Assembly: GCA_002495325.1 (NCBI GenBank)
Contig: DAEQ01000002.1
Location: 112,877 to 176,876 of the forward strand
From: Methanomassiliicoccaceae archaeon UBA593
GTDB taxonomy: Archaea > Thermoplasmatota > Thermoplasmata > Methanomassiliicoccales > Methanomethylophilaceae
Direction: 5' to 3'
DNA length: 64,000 nt
Shown here: positions 1 to 9,911 of the stretch, one piece after another
Position numbering within the stretch: position 1 is the stretch's first letter
Layout of the letters: every line of letters starts with the position of its first letter
Notes under the pieces: generated by a model
Seen by the model: only the letters and a program-made list of their open reading frames with translations
Databases searched by the model: none
What the model was told of the DNA's origin: nothing
Made by a program: the position numbers and the translations under genes

Positions 1-821
1 GCGCCAGCGCCGCCTACGCCATGGCCCTGGCTAAACTGCAGGGCGCGGACCTGGAGCAGGCCGCCCGGGACATCAAGGCCGTCCGGCCGACCGCCAACGA
101 CCTCTTCTACGCCACCGACCTGATGCTGAGGCAGCTGCAGGCCGGCGCCGACCCGGTCGGGGCGGCGGACGCCTACGCCCAGGACGTCGTCGACCGCTGC
201 ACGGCCATCGGCCGCTGCGGCGGGGCGCTCATCAAGGACGGCATGAAGCTCATGACGCACTGCAACGCCGGCGCGCTGGCCACCGTCGACGTGGGCACGG
301 CGCTGGCGCCTATGCGCCAGGCGCACAACGACGGGAAGAAGTTCTTCGTCTACGCCTCCGAGACCCGGCCGCGGCTCCAGGGCATGCAGCTCACCGCCTG
401 GGAGCTCGGCCAGGAGGGCATCGACCACGCCATCATCCCCGACGGGGCCTCGGCTTACTACATGTCCAAAGGCGTCGACATGATCATCGTCGGCGCCGAC
501 CGCATTGCGGCCAACGGCGACTTCGCCAACAAGATCGGCACCTTCGACAAGGCGATCTGCGCCAAGCACTTCGGCATCCCGTTCTACGTGGCCGCCCCGG
601 TCTCCACGTTCGATTTCAGCACAAGGACCGGCGCCGACATCGTCATCGAACAGCGTTCGGAGAAAGAGGTCACGGAGATCGCCGGGATCCGCATCGCCCC
701 GGTCGGCTCTCCGGCGCTGAACCCTGCCTTCGACGTCACGCCCGCCGAACTGGTCACGGGCGGTTTCATCACCGAGAAGGGCATTTTCAAACCGTCCGGG
801 ATCGCGAGGATGAAGGCATGA
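1..821 (+). CDS. mtnA: S-methyl-5-thioribose-1-phosphate isomerase (eIF-2B family), 5'-truncated by window edge
   Basis: THCNAGALAT, ETRP..QG..LTAWEL, GADRIAANGD.ANKIGT and NPAFDVTP motifs; frame is open upstream of ATG 21 (ASAAYAMALA). Confidence 0.9.
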   Translation, partial: ASAAYAMALAKLQGADLEQAARDIKAVRPTANDLFYATDLMLRQLQAGADPVGAADAYAQDVVDRCTAIGRCGGALIKDGMKLMTHCNAGALATVDVGTALAPMRQAHNDGKKFFVYASETRPRLQGMQLTAWELGQEGIDHAIIPDGASAYYMSKGVDMIIVGADRIAANGDFANKIGTFDKAICAKHFGIPFYVAAPVSTFDFSTRTGADIVIEQRSEKEVTEIAGIRIAPVGSPALNPAFDVTPAELVTGGFITEKGIFKPSGIARMKA

Positions 822-1438
822 ACGACCTGAACGAGGCCTACGCCCGGGAACAGCTGACCGCCTGCTGCCGCCGTCTCTACGAACGGCACCTGACGGTCTC
901 CGCGGGTGGCAACATGAGCGTCCGGCTGAACCCGGACGAGTTCCTGATCACGCCGAGCGGCATGAACAAAGGCCTCGTGCGGCCCGGCGACCTCATCAAG
1001 ATGAACCTCGGGGGCGAGGTCCTGGGCGCCGGCAAGCCTTCGATCGAGCACCGCTTCCACCTCGGCCTGTACAAGGCCAACCCGGATACCGGCGCGGTCG
1101 TCCACTGCCACCCGCTGTACTGCCTGGCGCTGACGGTCAGGGGAGAGCACATCCGCTCCTGCCTGACCCCCGAGGGCGTCCTGCTGCTCGGCGAGGTCCC
1201 GACCGTCCGGTACGAGACCCCCGGTTCCCTGGAGCTGGTGGACGCCGTATTGGAACAGTCGGCGGCGCCGGCCATGCTCATGGCCCAGCACGGGGCGCTC
1301 ACCCAGGGCCGCACCCTGGACGAGGCCTACAACCGCATGGAGGAGCTGGAGTTCCAGGCCCACTTGCAGCTGCTGGCAGGCAAGGCACCCGAGCTGCCTC
1401 CGGCGGAGATCGCCAAACTGCGGAAGATGGTAAAATGA
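818..1438 (+). CDS. class II aldolase/adducin family protein (FucA/Ald2/MtnB-like)
   Basis: GGNMS, TPSG, PSIE (catalytic Glu), HCHP and QHG Zn ligands; ATGA-coupled to mtnA. Confidence 0.85.
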   Translation: MNDLNEAYAREQLTACCRRLYERHLTVSAGGNMSVRLNPDEFLITPSGMNKGLVRPGDLIKMNLGGEVLGAGKPSIEHRFHLGLYKANPDTGAVVHCHPLYCLALTVRGEHIRSCLTPEGVLLLGEVPTVRYETPGSLELVDAVLEQSAAPAMLMAQHGALTQGRTLDEAYNRMEELEFQAHLQLLAGKAPELPPAEIAKLRKMVK

Positions 1439-2553
1439 TCCTGGTCACCAAATGGTTCGGGGTTTTCCTGGTCGACGACAAGTCGAACCGGGTGCAGGAC
1501 AAGCGGCTGATGCCGCACGATGCCGAGGCCGCCGCCGCCAAACTGGCGGAGGTCCAGCGCGGCGGCATCCTGCCGGAGGAACGGGAACTGGCCGCTGAAC
1601 GCCAAAAACTCACTGTGGGAGACCGCCGGCAGGCAGAGCTCGGCCGGCCGGAACTGTACGACTCGTCGTTCATCAGGGCCACCGACTACGGTTTCGACGA
1701 CGCCTTCATGCACGACGTCATGGTGCGCCTGGGCCGGCTGCGGACCGCCGAACCTATCGCCCGGGACCAGCACCTGGCCCAGGCCATCCGCGATCTGGAC
1801 GGCCTCATCGCCGTCTCCAACCTGCTGAGCGAGCGGCTGCACGAGTGGTACGGCCTCCACTTCCCGGAACTGGCGGACCTGGCCAAGGACGACCGCTACG
1901 CCCTCCTGATCGCCAGGTACGGCGACCGTCAGGGCATCATCGATGAGATCGCCCCCGGCCTGCAGTCCATGGGCACGGACTTCGCGCCCGAGGACATGCG
2001 GGAGGTCCAGAACCTGGCCGACACTCTCGGCCGGATCTACGAGGACCGCAGGTCCGTAGAGGAGTACATCGACGGCCTGGTGCAGGAGTCCTGCCCCAAC
2101 CTGTGCGCGATCATCAGCGGCCCTCTGACCGCCCGGCTGATCTCGCTGGCCGGAGGCCTTCGCCGCCTCGCCTCGCTGCCGTCCTCGACCGTTCAGCTGC
2201 TGGGCGCCGAGAAGGCCATGTTCCGCCATCTGCGGACCGGCGCCGCCCCGCCCAAGCACGGAGTCATCTATCAGTACCCCGACCTGCGCAAGGCCCCGTA
2301 CTGGCAGCGCGGCAACATCGCCCGCGCCCTCGCCGGCAAGGTGCTCATTGCCGCCAAGGTCGACGAGTACCGCGGCGAGTTCTGCGGCGACCGGCTGAAC
2401 GAAGAGCTCAAAGCGCGCATCAAGGACATCAAGCGCCGGTATCCCGACCCGCCCAAGAAGAAGGCCGCCAAGCCCCGCCCGGGCAGGGCAAAGTACCGCG
2501 CCGCGCACCGGGACGGCTCCGCACAGCACGGAAACCGTCATTCGCGCGCGTAA
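1435..2553 (+). CDS. nop5: C/D box sRNP protein Nop5/Nop56
   Basis: ERLHEWYGLHFPEL, PSSTVQLLGAEKAMFRHL, PPKHGVIYQYP and RG.IARALAGK motifs; basic tail. Confidence 0.92.
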   Translation: MILVTKWFGVFLVDDKSNRVQDKRLMPHDAEAAAAKLAEVQRGGILPEERELAAERQKLTVGDRRQAELGRPELYDSSFIRATDYGFDDAFMHDVMVRLGRLRTAEPIARDQHLAQAIRDLDGLIAVSNLLSERLHEWYGLHFPELADLAKDDRYALLIARYGDRQGIIDEIAPGLQSMGTDFAPEDMREVQNLADTLGRIYEDRRSVEEYIDGLVQESCPNLCAIISGPLTARLISLAGGLRRLASLPSSTVQLLGAEKAMFRHLRTGAAPPKHGVIYQYPDLRKAPYWQRGNIARALAGKVLIAAKVDEYRGEFCGDRLNEELKARIKDIKRRYPDPPKKKAAKPRPGRAKYRAAHRDGSAQHGNRHSRA

Positions 2554-2700
2554 CAAGATATATATTGATTGGGCCGTTTGGGAGACTCAGATAAGATGGA
2601 CTGCGTTATCTGTTTCACTGGTTCTGAAGCTGTCTTCATGCGGGAGCGGAACAAGAGAATACTGGCAGTCCGCCTGTAAAATTGGTAAGAGGTAACTGAG

Positions 2701-3090
2701 ATGGCAGAGTGGGAGATGAAGGAACTGAGAGAACTGAAGATCGGCAGGTACGTCAACATCGATGACTCACCCTGTAAGATCATTTCGATCACGACCTCGA
2801 AGCCGGGCAAACACGGGTCCGCCAAGGCCAGCATCGAAGCGACCGATATCTTCACCGGCGCCAAGAAATCCCTGAACGCTCCGGTGAGCGCCAAGGTCCA
2901 GGTCCCGATCATTGACAAGCGGAAGGGCCAGATCATCTCCATCGATGAGGCCGGCAACGAGATCCAGATCATGGACCTGGAGACCTTCGAGACCTTCACG
3001 ATGCCCATCAATGCCGATCATGAGAGCGTGCTCACGGACGGCGCCGAGATTCTGTACATCGTCGCGATGGACAGAATGAAACTGATGTGA
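2701..3090 (+). CDS. eif5a: translation factor aIF-5A
   Basis: SKPGKHGSAK hypusination loop. Confidence 0.95.
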   Translation: MAEWEMKELRELKIGRYVNIDDSPCKIISITTSKPGKHGSAKASIEATDIFTGAKKSLNAPVSAKVQVPIIDKRKGQIISIDEAGNEIQIMDLETFETFTMPINADHESVLTDGAEILYIVAMDRMKLM

Positions 3091-3103
3091 AGGCGGATAT
3101 CAG

Positions 3104-3967
3104 ATGCCGTACGGAGTGACCTATGCCGACGCAGACGCCGATTATAACGACGCCGACGCGGTGATCTTCGGCATTCCGTACGACCATACCGCCAGTTTCA
3201 AGGCGGGCGCCCGGGAAGCCCCCACCGCCGTCCGGCGGGCTTCCTATAATTTTGAGGAGTTTCATTTCGAGCACGGACTCGACCAGCATCTGCCGGTCCT
3301 GAACGACTACGGGAACTGCGACGATTTCATTCTGCCCGAAGACATGATCGGAGAGGTCAAGTTCGCAGTGGGCCCCTGCATCCGCGACGGCAAGTTCCCC
3401 ATCGCCATCGGCGGCGAGCATTCCGTCAACATTCCGATCATCCAGTCGTTCCCGGCCAAGAAGATCGCGCTGATGACCATCGACGCCCATCTGGACTCCC
3501 GTGACGAGTACATGGGCACACCGAACAGCCACGCCTGCGTCACCCGCCGGGCCGTGGAGCACCTCGGCATCAAGAACGTCTGCGCCGTAGGCGTCCGGTC
3601 CATCGGCCGGGAAGAACTGGAGCGGGACGACGTGGTGCCTTACGTCACGTCGTTCGACATCTTCGACCGCGGCATCGAATGGGGCGTGAGAAAGGCTCTG
3701 GACGGCCTCAAGTGCGACCGTGTCTACCTGTCCGTGGACATAGACGGGGTCGACCCCGCCTACGCTCCGGGGACGGGCACGCCGGAGCCTTTCGGCCTCA
3801 CGCCGCTGGACGTCAAGAAGGCCATCAATCTGGTCGGCGACCGGCTTGCCGGCTTCGATGTGGTCGAGGTCTGCCCGCCGGCGGACCCGGCCGGGATCAC
3901 CTCGGTCCTGGCGGCGCGGCTGATCAACGAGGCCCGCGCGGTTTACGGCCGCCAGCTCCGCCAGTGA
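3104..3967 (+). CDS. speB: agmatinase (ureohydrolase family)
   Basis: GGEHS, DAHLD and SVDIDGVDPAYAPGTGTPEPFG motifs; adjacent to aIF5A. Confidence 0.9.
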   Translation: MPYGVTYADADADYNDADAVIFGIPYDHTASFKAGAREAPTAVRRASYNFEEFHFEHGLDQHLPVLNDYGNCDDFILPEDMIGEVKFAVGPCIRDGKFPIAIGGEHSVNIPIIQSFPAKKIALMTIDAHLDSRDEYMGTPNSHACVTRRAVEHLGIKNVCAVGVRSIGREELERDDVVPYVTSFDIFDRGIEWGVRKALDGLKCDRVYLSVDIDGVDPAYAPGTGTPEPFGLTPLDVKKAINLVGDRLAGFDVVEVCPPADPAGITSVLAARLINEARAVYGRQLRQ

Positions 3968-3987
3968 GTGAATGGCTTTTACCGGGC

Positions 3988-5358
3988 TCAGTCGTCCACA
4001 GTGCCGTTGGCCGCGGACAGGTAGCCCTTGATCATCCGTTCGTAGACGTTGGCATAGTTCTCCGCCGTCTGCCGGTTCTTGGACTCGGCGAAGACCCGGA
4101 AGACCGGCTCCGTGCCCGAAGACCGGATCAGCACCCAGCCGTCGTCGAACAGGAGCTTGAGGCCGTCCGTAGTGTCCTTCTTCAGGTTGGCGGTCCTGTC
4201 GGCCAGATATTTGACGACCTGCTCCCTGTACTCTTCGGGGCATTCGATCCGCCGCTTCTCCGTATAGTAGTTGGGCAGCGCGTCGACCTGCTCGGCGAGC
4301 GGACCGTTGCGGACCAGCAGCTCGAGCATCTTGGCCAGGGCCATGGCGGCGTCCCGGCAGCACTGATGCTGCGGAAATATGACCCCGCCGTTCTCCTCGC
4401 CGCCGAAGACGGCGTTGTTGGCAAGCATCACCCGGGCCACGATCGGCGCTCCGACAGCGGTGAAGATCATGTTCCCGCCGACTGACCGCACGACCTCGTC
4501 GACCAGCGACGAGGTGGCCACCGGCGTCACCACGATCCCGCCGAGAGCGTTCAGCACGGCCGCGCGGGCCAGCAGCGCCAGGCTCTTGTCGCCGGAGACG
4601 AAGCGGCCCCGGCCGTCCACGAACAGGCAGCGGTCGGCGTCGGCGTCAAAGGCAACGCCGAGAGCGGCCGCAGTGTCCCTGACCGTGTCCTTAAGCTGCT
4701 GGATATTTTCCTCGGACAGCAGACTCGGGTGGCCCGGGAACTCTCCCTGGGGATTGCTGTTGAGTGTGATCGCCCGCACGCCGAGCCTGCTCAGCAGCCG
4801 CGGGGCGGTCCGGCAGGCGGCGCCGTTGGCACAGTCCAGCACCACGGTGAGACCGCCGGCGCGGATGGCGGCCACGTCGACCTTGTCCGCCACCGCATCG
4901 ACATAGGCCTCGCCGGTATCGCCGAGCTTGAACACGGTGCCGGCCTTCTCCCAGTCCACGGACGGGATCGGATTGGAATAGGCCTCCTCGATCTTCTCTT
5001 CCTGGCTGCGGGAGGCCTCGGTGCCGTCCGCGGCGATAAGCTTGATCCCGTTGAACTCCGGAGGATTGTGGGAGGCGGTGATCATGACGCCGCCGGCGAC
5101 ACCCCCGTGCTCTTTGATGAAGAACTGGAGGGCAGGCGTCGGCAGGACGCCCAGTTCGATGACGGTGCAGCCGACGGCCATCAGGCCGGACTCCAGCGCC
5201 GTGCGGAGCATGTCGGCCGAGGTCCGGGTATCGGTGGCGACGGCGATGCGGCCGGGAAAGACCGTGCCGATGGCCTTACCCATCTGCAGCACCAGGGCGG
5301 CGGTCATATCCTGGTTGACCACGCCCCGGACCCCGTTGGTGCCGAACATCCGCGCCAT
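3988..5358 (-). CDS. glmM: phosphoglucosamine mutase/phosphomannomutase
   Basis: MFGTNGVRG start, TASHNP phosphoserine loop, FDADADR, GGEENG and IRSSGTEP; start set at ATG 5358 rather than the longer ORF. Confidence 0.88.
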   Translation of the reverse strand: MARMFGTNGVRGVVNQDMTAALVLQMGKAIGTVFPGRIAVATDTRTSADMLRTALESGLMAVGCTVIELGVLPTPALQFFIKEHGGVAGGVMITASHNPPEFNGIKLIAADGTEASRSQEEKIEEAYSNPIPSVDWEKAGTVFKLGDTGEAYVDAVADKVDVAAIRAGGLTVVLDCANGAACRTAPRLLSRLGVRAITLNSNPQGEFPGHPSLLSEENIQQLKDTVRDTAAALGVAFDADADRCLFVDGRGRFVSGDKSLALLARAAVLNALGGIVVTPVATSSLVDEVVRSVGGNMIFTAVGAPIVARVMLANNAVFGGEENGGVIFPQHQCCRDAAMALAKMLELLVRNGPLAEQVDALPNYYTEKRRIECPEEYREQVVKYLADRTANLKKDTTDGLKLLFDDGWVLIRSSGTEPVFRVFAESKNRQTAENYANVYERMIKGYLSAANGTVDD

Positions 5359-5363
5359 GGGGC

Positions 5364-6038
5364 TCAGCTCCCTCTGGAGACCAGCAGGATGTTGATGGTG
5401 TCGCCGCAGGACTTGCCGCTGTCCGCTGCGGACTCGATCGCGCTGATCAGGTCCCGGACCAGCATGACCGCCTTGGGGTCCATTTCTGACAGGTGCACGT
5501 GCTTGATGGCCGAGAAATACAGTCTGTCGATGACCCGCTCCTGGTCGTTCACGGAGTCGATGTTGCACACCGTGACCCGGCTGTCGCTCCACATGGACTC
5601 GATGACCGCCAGCAGGTACCGGACCTCGCTCGTCAGCTCTTCGGCCATGTCCGCCAGTTCCCGCCAGATCTCCGGCGGGACCTGCGAACGGGTCTCGATG
5701 ATCAGCTGCAGGTGCAGGGCCGCCTCCTTCGCCCAGTTGGCGACCTGATCGGTCTCCCGGACGAAGTGGATGAGATCCTCCCGCTCCTGAAAGCTCAGCT
5801 CTCCGGTCGAGATGTCGGCGCACAGCCGGTCTTCGATCCGGTCGGCCTCGACCTCGCTGAGAATCAGCCGTTCCGTGCACTTCACCGCCGCGTCCTCGTC
5901 GCCCTTCGCCATGGCAGTAAGCGCCAGACCGAGCTCCGAGGCCGTGTCGAGGACCGCCATGGCATGGTTTCTCGTGCCCGAGCCGACATTGTCCTCCTTT
6001 CTCTTTCCGAACCATTCCATAATTCCCTTTTCACTCAA
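5364..6038 (-). CDS. DUF47 / PhoU-like phosphate transport regulator
   Basis: E.EADRIE, REDL..FV...DQVA and E..ID repeats in an all-helical protein. Confidence 0.8.
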   Translation of the reverse strand: MSEKGIMEWFGKRKEDNVGSGTRNHAMAVLDTASELGLALTAMAKGDEDAAVKCTERLILSEVEADRIEDRLCADISTGELSFQEREDLIHFVRETDQVANWAKEAALHLQLIIETRSQVPPEIWRELADMAEELTSEVRYLLAVIESMWSDSRVTVCNIDSVNDQERVIDRLYFSAIKHVHLSEMDPKAVMLVRDLISAIESAADSGKSCGDTINILLVSRGS

Positions 6039-7119
6039 GGCTAATCGCCCCCTCCAATCCTTCCGCGGGCCGTGCGAAAACCTTGGTCATGCGCTTGTTG
6101 AAGACGAGCATGACCTGATCGCCCGGCCGCGGTGCGGCGTGATTGCCGGAAACATTGTATTCCAGGTAATCCCCGGTCTCCGCCACGGTGCGGACCCTCC
6201 AGAAGGTCCCCATGAAGACCACGCTGACGACCTTGGCCTTCAGACCGTCGTCGGCGGTGTAAACGTTCTCAGGACGCACCGAGATGACCACGGCGTCGCC
6301 GGTCGCAAAGGCCGATTTCTCGGCCCGCACGGTATGCCCCCCTCTGAGCCGGACCTTCGTCCGGCCGTTCTTCGTCCAGCCCGACACATAGCCCTCGAGC
6401 AGGTTCGTCTCGCCGATGAAATAGGCGGCAAAGATGCTCTGCGGGTTGCGGTATATGTCCAGCGGCGCCCCGGTATCGTGCACCCGGCCCGCACGCATGA
6501 GCACAATGCGGTCGGAGACCGACATGGCCTCCTCCTGATCGTGGGTAACGTGCAGGACGGTGATGCCCAGCTCCTTGACGATGCGGCGGATCTCATACCG
6601 AAGCTCCATCCGCACCCGGGCGTCCAGCGCTGAGAGCGGCTCATCCAGCATCAGGATCTTGGAGCCGGAGGCCAATGCCCGGGCGATGGCCACCTTTTGC
6701 TGCTCCCCGCCGGAGAGTTCGCCGGGGAACATTCCGGCCCGGTCGAGCATCGCGACCAGTTTCAGATACTTCTCGGCAGTCGCCCGCTGCTCCTCCGGCG
6801 GCCAGGCCCGAACCCTCGGTCCGTACTCCACGTTCGCCAGGTTCGTCAGGTTCGGGAACAGCGCGATGTTCTGGAAGACGTAGCCCATGTCCCGGTCCTC
6901 CAGCGGCACATCGGTAACGTCCTCGCCGTCGATCAGCACCCGGCCTTCGGTGGGATGCCAGATGCCAGATATGACCTTGATGAGCGTGGTCTTGCCGCAG
7001 CCGGACGGCCCCAGGATCGTCACATACTCGCCCTCCTCCACATCGAGACTGATGTCGTGTACAGCGTAGAAATCGCCGAATTTCATCGAGATGTGGTCCA
7101 GCGTAATCTTCGGCGCCAT
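6031..7119 (-). CDS. ABC transporter ATP-binding subunit (PotA/CysA/WtpC-like, TOBE domain)
   Basis: GPSGCGKT, LSGGEQQK, LLMLDEPLSALD-type Walker B, VTHDQEEA. Confidence 0.9.
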   Translation of the reverse strand: MAPKITLDHISMKFGDFYAVHDISLDVEEGEYVTILGPSGCGKTTLIKVISGIWHPTEGRVLIDGEDVTDVPLEDRDMGYVFQNIALFPNLTNLANVEYGPRVRAWPPEEQRATAEKYLKLVAMLDRAGMFPGELSGGEQQKVAIARALASGSKILMLDEPLSALDARVRMELRYEIRRIVKELGITVLHVTHDQEEAMSVSDRIVLMRAGRVHDTGAPLDIYRNPQSIFAAYFIGETNLLEGYVSGWTKNGRTKVRLRGGHTVRAEKSAFATGDAVVISVRPENVYTADDGLKAKVVSVVFMGTFWRVRTVAETGDYLEYNVSGNHAAPRPGDQVMLVFNKRMTKVFARPAEGLEGAISLE

Positions 7120-8261
7120 CAGTCCAGCCTCATCTCCTGTACGAGCCCGCCCGCCGGCAACCGAAAGACCGAGGCCTTCTCGGGCTGCCATGTGATCATT
7201 ACCTCGCTGCCGGGACGGTAGTACTCGTACCGCCGGGACGACCGCTGAGAGGAGACCAGGCCGAGCCCCGGCACCGTGGTCTCAATGGTGATCGTCGAGC
7301 CCTCGTACAGAACCCGTTCCACCTTCCCGTGGAAGTAGCCTTCCGGCAGAGTGTCCGGCAGATGGGCGTCCTGCACATCGGGCGCCGCGCCGATCAGTTC
7401 CGGCACGGTGAAACCGACCTTGACGGCGATGACCGCATCATCGCCGGGTTCCAGATCGCACGGCCGGGCCCGTACCCGAATGCCGTTAGCCAGTTCAATG
7501 ACCGAAGCGGTCCCATCCGTGCTCACGAGTTTGCCGGCGAAGATGTTGGAGCGGCCGAGGAAGTTTGCCACGAACGGCGTGGCCGGGTCCTGGAAGATCT
7601 CCTGCGGCGTGCCCACCTGGATGATCTTTCCGCTCCTGATGATCGCGATGCGGTCCGCCAGCTCCATGGCCTCCTCCTGGTCATGGGTGACGTGCACGGA
7701 TGTCAGGCCCATCTCCTTGACCATGGACTTGAGCTCCTTACGGAGCTCGATGCGCAGCCGGGCGTCCAGCGCCCGCAGCGGCTCGTCCAGGAGCAGGACC
7801 TTCGAATCGGAGGCCAATGCCCGGGCCAGGGCCGTCCGCTGCTGCTGCCCGCCCGACAGTTCATGCGGGTAGCTCCTGACCTTCTTGCCCATGTGGACCA
7901 TGTCGATCATGGACCGGGCGAGCTGTTTGGTGTCCTCCTCCTTCCAGTGTCTGATGGTGGGCGCGAAGACCACGTTATGGTAGACATCCATGTTCGGAAA
8001 CAGGGCATAGCCCTGAGAAAGCATGGTGGCCCGCCGGGCGCCGGTGGGCTTGGTGGTGACATCCTCACCGTCAAACAGTACCCGCCCCGCGTCGGGTTTC
8101 GTCAGTCCGCAGATCATCCGCAGCGCGGTGGTCTTGCCGGCGCCGGTAGGTCCGAGCAGGCAGAGGTACTCGCCGTCATGGACGGTCAGACTGAGCCCGT
8201 CAGAGGCGCGGATGCCGCCGCTGTACTTCTTTACCAGACCGTCGAGAACGATTTCAGGCAT
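7119..8261 (-). CDS. ABC transporter ATP-binding subunit (second paralog, TOBE domain)
   Basis: GPTGAGKT, LSGGQQQR, LLLDEPL, VTHDQEEA. Confidence 0.9.
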   Translation of the reverse strand: MPEIVLDGLVKKYSGGIRASDGLSLTVHDGEYLCLLGPTGAGKTTALRMICGLTKPDAGRVLFDGEDVTTKPTGARRATMLSQGYALFPNMDVYHNVVFAPTIRHWKEEDTKQLARSMIDMVHMGKKVRSYPHELSGGQQQRTALARALASDSKVLLLDEPLRALDARLRIELRKELKSMVKEMGLTSVHVTHDQEEAMELADRIAIIRSGKIIQVGTPQEIFQDPATPFVANFLGRSNIFAGKLVSTDGTASVIELANGIRVRARPCDLEPGDDAVIAVKVGFTVPELIGAAPDVQDAHLPDTLPEGYFHGKVERVLYEGSTITIETTVPGLGLVSSQRSSRRYEYYRPGSEVMITWQPEKASVFRLPAGGLVQEMRLD

Positions 8262-9882
8262 CGCGGTCGGACCCCCTGTGCATGACAGCGCGGACGGCGA
8301 ACATCAGCACGAAACAGATGGCGATGAGGACGATCGAGCACATGGCAGCCGCCGGATAGCTGGCGGCACCTTCCTTGACCAGGTTCACGATGTAGACCGG
8401 AACGGTGTTGACCGAACTGCTGATCGCGACAGTGGCCCCGGTCTCGCCCAGGCTCCGGGTGAACGCCAGGATCGCGCCGGCAATGACCGAGGACTTGATG
8501 ACCGGAAACAGGACCTTGCTGAAGGTCTCCAGCGGTTTGGCGCCCAGGGTCAGCGCCGTCTCCTCATAGGCGGGGTCGACCTCTTCCACCGCGCCGGTGA
8601 TGTTCCGTACCACCAGCGGGTAGGTGAACGAGATGTGGCCGAGAATGACCAGCACCACGGCTACGGCTCCGGTGCTGGCGGTCCCGCCCCAGAACAGCGC
8701 CAGCGAGAGGCCGAGCGCGGTGGTCGGGATGATCAGCGGAATATTGACCAGGTTGTCCAGGATGCCGGCGAACCGCTCTCCGCGGTGCCTGGCGATATAC
8801 ATTGCCAGCGGGATGCCGAAGACGATGTCGAAGAGCACGGCGACCCCCGCCACCAGGAAGGACGTGCCGATAGAGCCGAGCAGCGTGCCGTAATCCATCG
8901 CGGTCGGCTCACTCAGGTACACAAAGAGATAGAACGACGGTACCAGCACGAACAGAACCATGAAGAACAGCGCCAGGGCGTCCTTTGCCTTGGGCGCAAA
9001 CCCGCGGCTGAGCTTGCGGCCCAGTTCCGGCCAGACCCGGTTGCCGGAGACGTGCAGGTGGGTGATGACCGCCTTCACCAGCACCAGCAGGGCCAGCGCA
9101 AGCAGGATCATGATGACGCTGATGAGGATCATCGGGCCGCTGAGCGCCCCGCCGCTGTTATCCATGATGTACGTCGGACCGGTGAAGAACGAGGACTCGC
9201 AGCCCATCAGGGTGAGCGCGATGTAGGTGCCGCCCGTCTCGGAGAGCGAACGGGCGAAACAGAGCGTGGTGCCGGTAACAAGCCCTGCGCGGAAAAGAGG
9301 CAGGGTGATGGTCCGGACCGCGGTGAACCGCGACGCGCCCAGCGTCATGGCCGCGGTCTCGTAGTTCGGTTCGATCTGCTCCAGAATGCCCGAGAGCGAC
9401 CGGACCATGTACGGATAGGTGAAGATGATGTGCAGCAGGACCAGCATCAGGTACGGCGAAAAACAGATGCCCAGGCCTGGGATGGTCACACCCTCCGGCG
9501 CGCCCCAGAACATGACGACGGACAGGCCGAGCACGGCGGTCGGAAACGCCAACGGCATATCCAGGAGCGTGTCCAGAAACCGCTTGCCGCGGAAGTTCTT
9601 GCGGACCAGAATCCACGCGATCGGCAGGCCGGCCACAACATCCAAAATGGTCACGATGAAGGCGATGCTGAACGAGTTCCACACCGCGCGGCCGATAACC
9701 GCCATCTCCGCGCTGTCGCCCAGCACGCCGCTTATCAGGCCCCAGTCGGTGAACACCTTGGTAACGACGAACACCGAGGGCACTATGATGATGCAGATGA
9801 AGATAGCGCAGACCAGTCCGAACCATGCCTTCCGGACCTTGGCACTGTCAGAGATCGCGTTGATCCGCACGAACAGGGACAT
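8254..9882 (-). CDS. ABC transporter permease with two fused BPD_transp_1 domains (CysT/CysW/ModB/WtpB-like)
   Basis: About 12 hydrophobic segments; two EAA-like loops (YETAAMTLGAS, YEETALTLGAK) each followed by FARSLSE/FTRSLGE. Confidence 0.85.
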   Translation of the reverse strand: MSLFVRINAISDSAKVRKAWFGLVCAIFICIIIVPSVFVVTKVFTDWGLISGVLGDSAEMAVIGRAVWNSFSIAFIVTILDVVAGLPIAWILVRKNFRGKRFLDTLLDMPLAFPTAVLGLSVVMFWGAPEGVTIPGLGICFSPYLMLVLLHIIFTYPYMVRSLSGILEQIEPNYETAAMTLGASRFTAVRTITLPLFRAGLVTGTTLCFARSLSETGGTYIALTLMGCESSFFTGPTYIMDNSGGALSGPMILISVIMILLALALLVLVKAVITHLHVSGNRVWPELGRKLSRGFAPKAKDALALFFMVLFVLVPSFYLFVYLSEPTAMDYGTLLGSIGTSFLVAGVAVLFDIVFGIPLAMYIARHRGERFAGILDNLVNIPLIIPTTALGLSLALFWGGTASTGAVAVVLVILGHISFTYPLVVRNITGAVEEVDPAYEETALTLGAKPLETFSKVLFPVIKSSVIAGAILAFTRSLGETGATVAISSSVNTVPVYIVNLVKEGAASYPAAAMCSIVLIAICFVLMFAVRAVMHRGSDRDA

Positions 9883-9911
9883 CGATGCTCGGGTACGCCC
9901 GGCGGGGCGCC

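Noticed and set aside
2554-2700. C/D box sRNA or SAM-I riboswitch downstream of nop5
   Set aside because: CTGA boxes are present but there is no RUGAUGA C box, and the SAM-I core beyond TTATC is absent.
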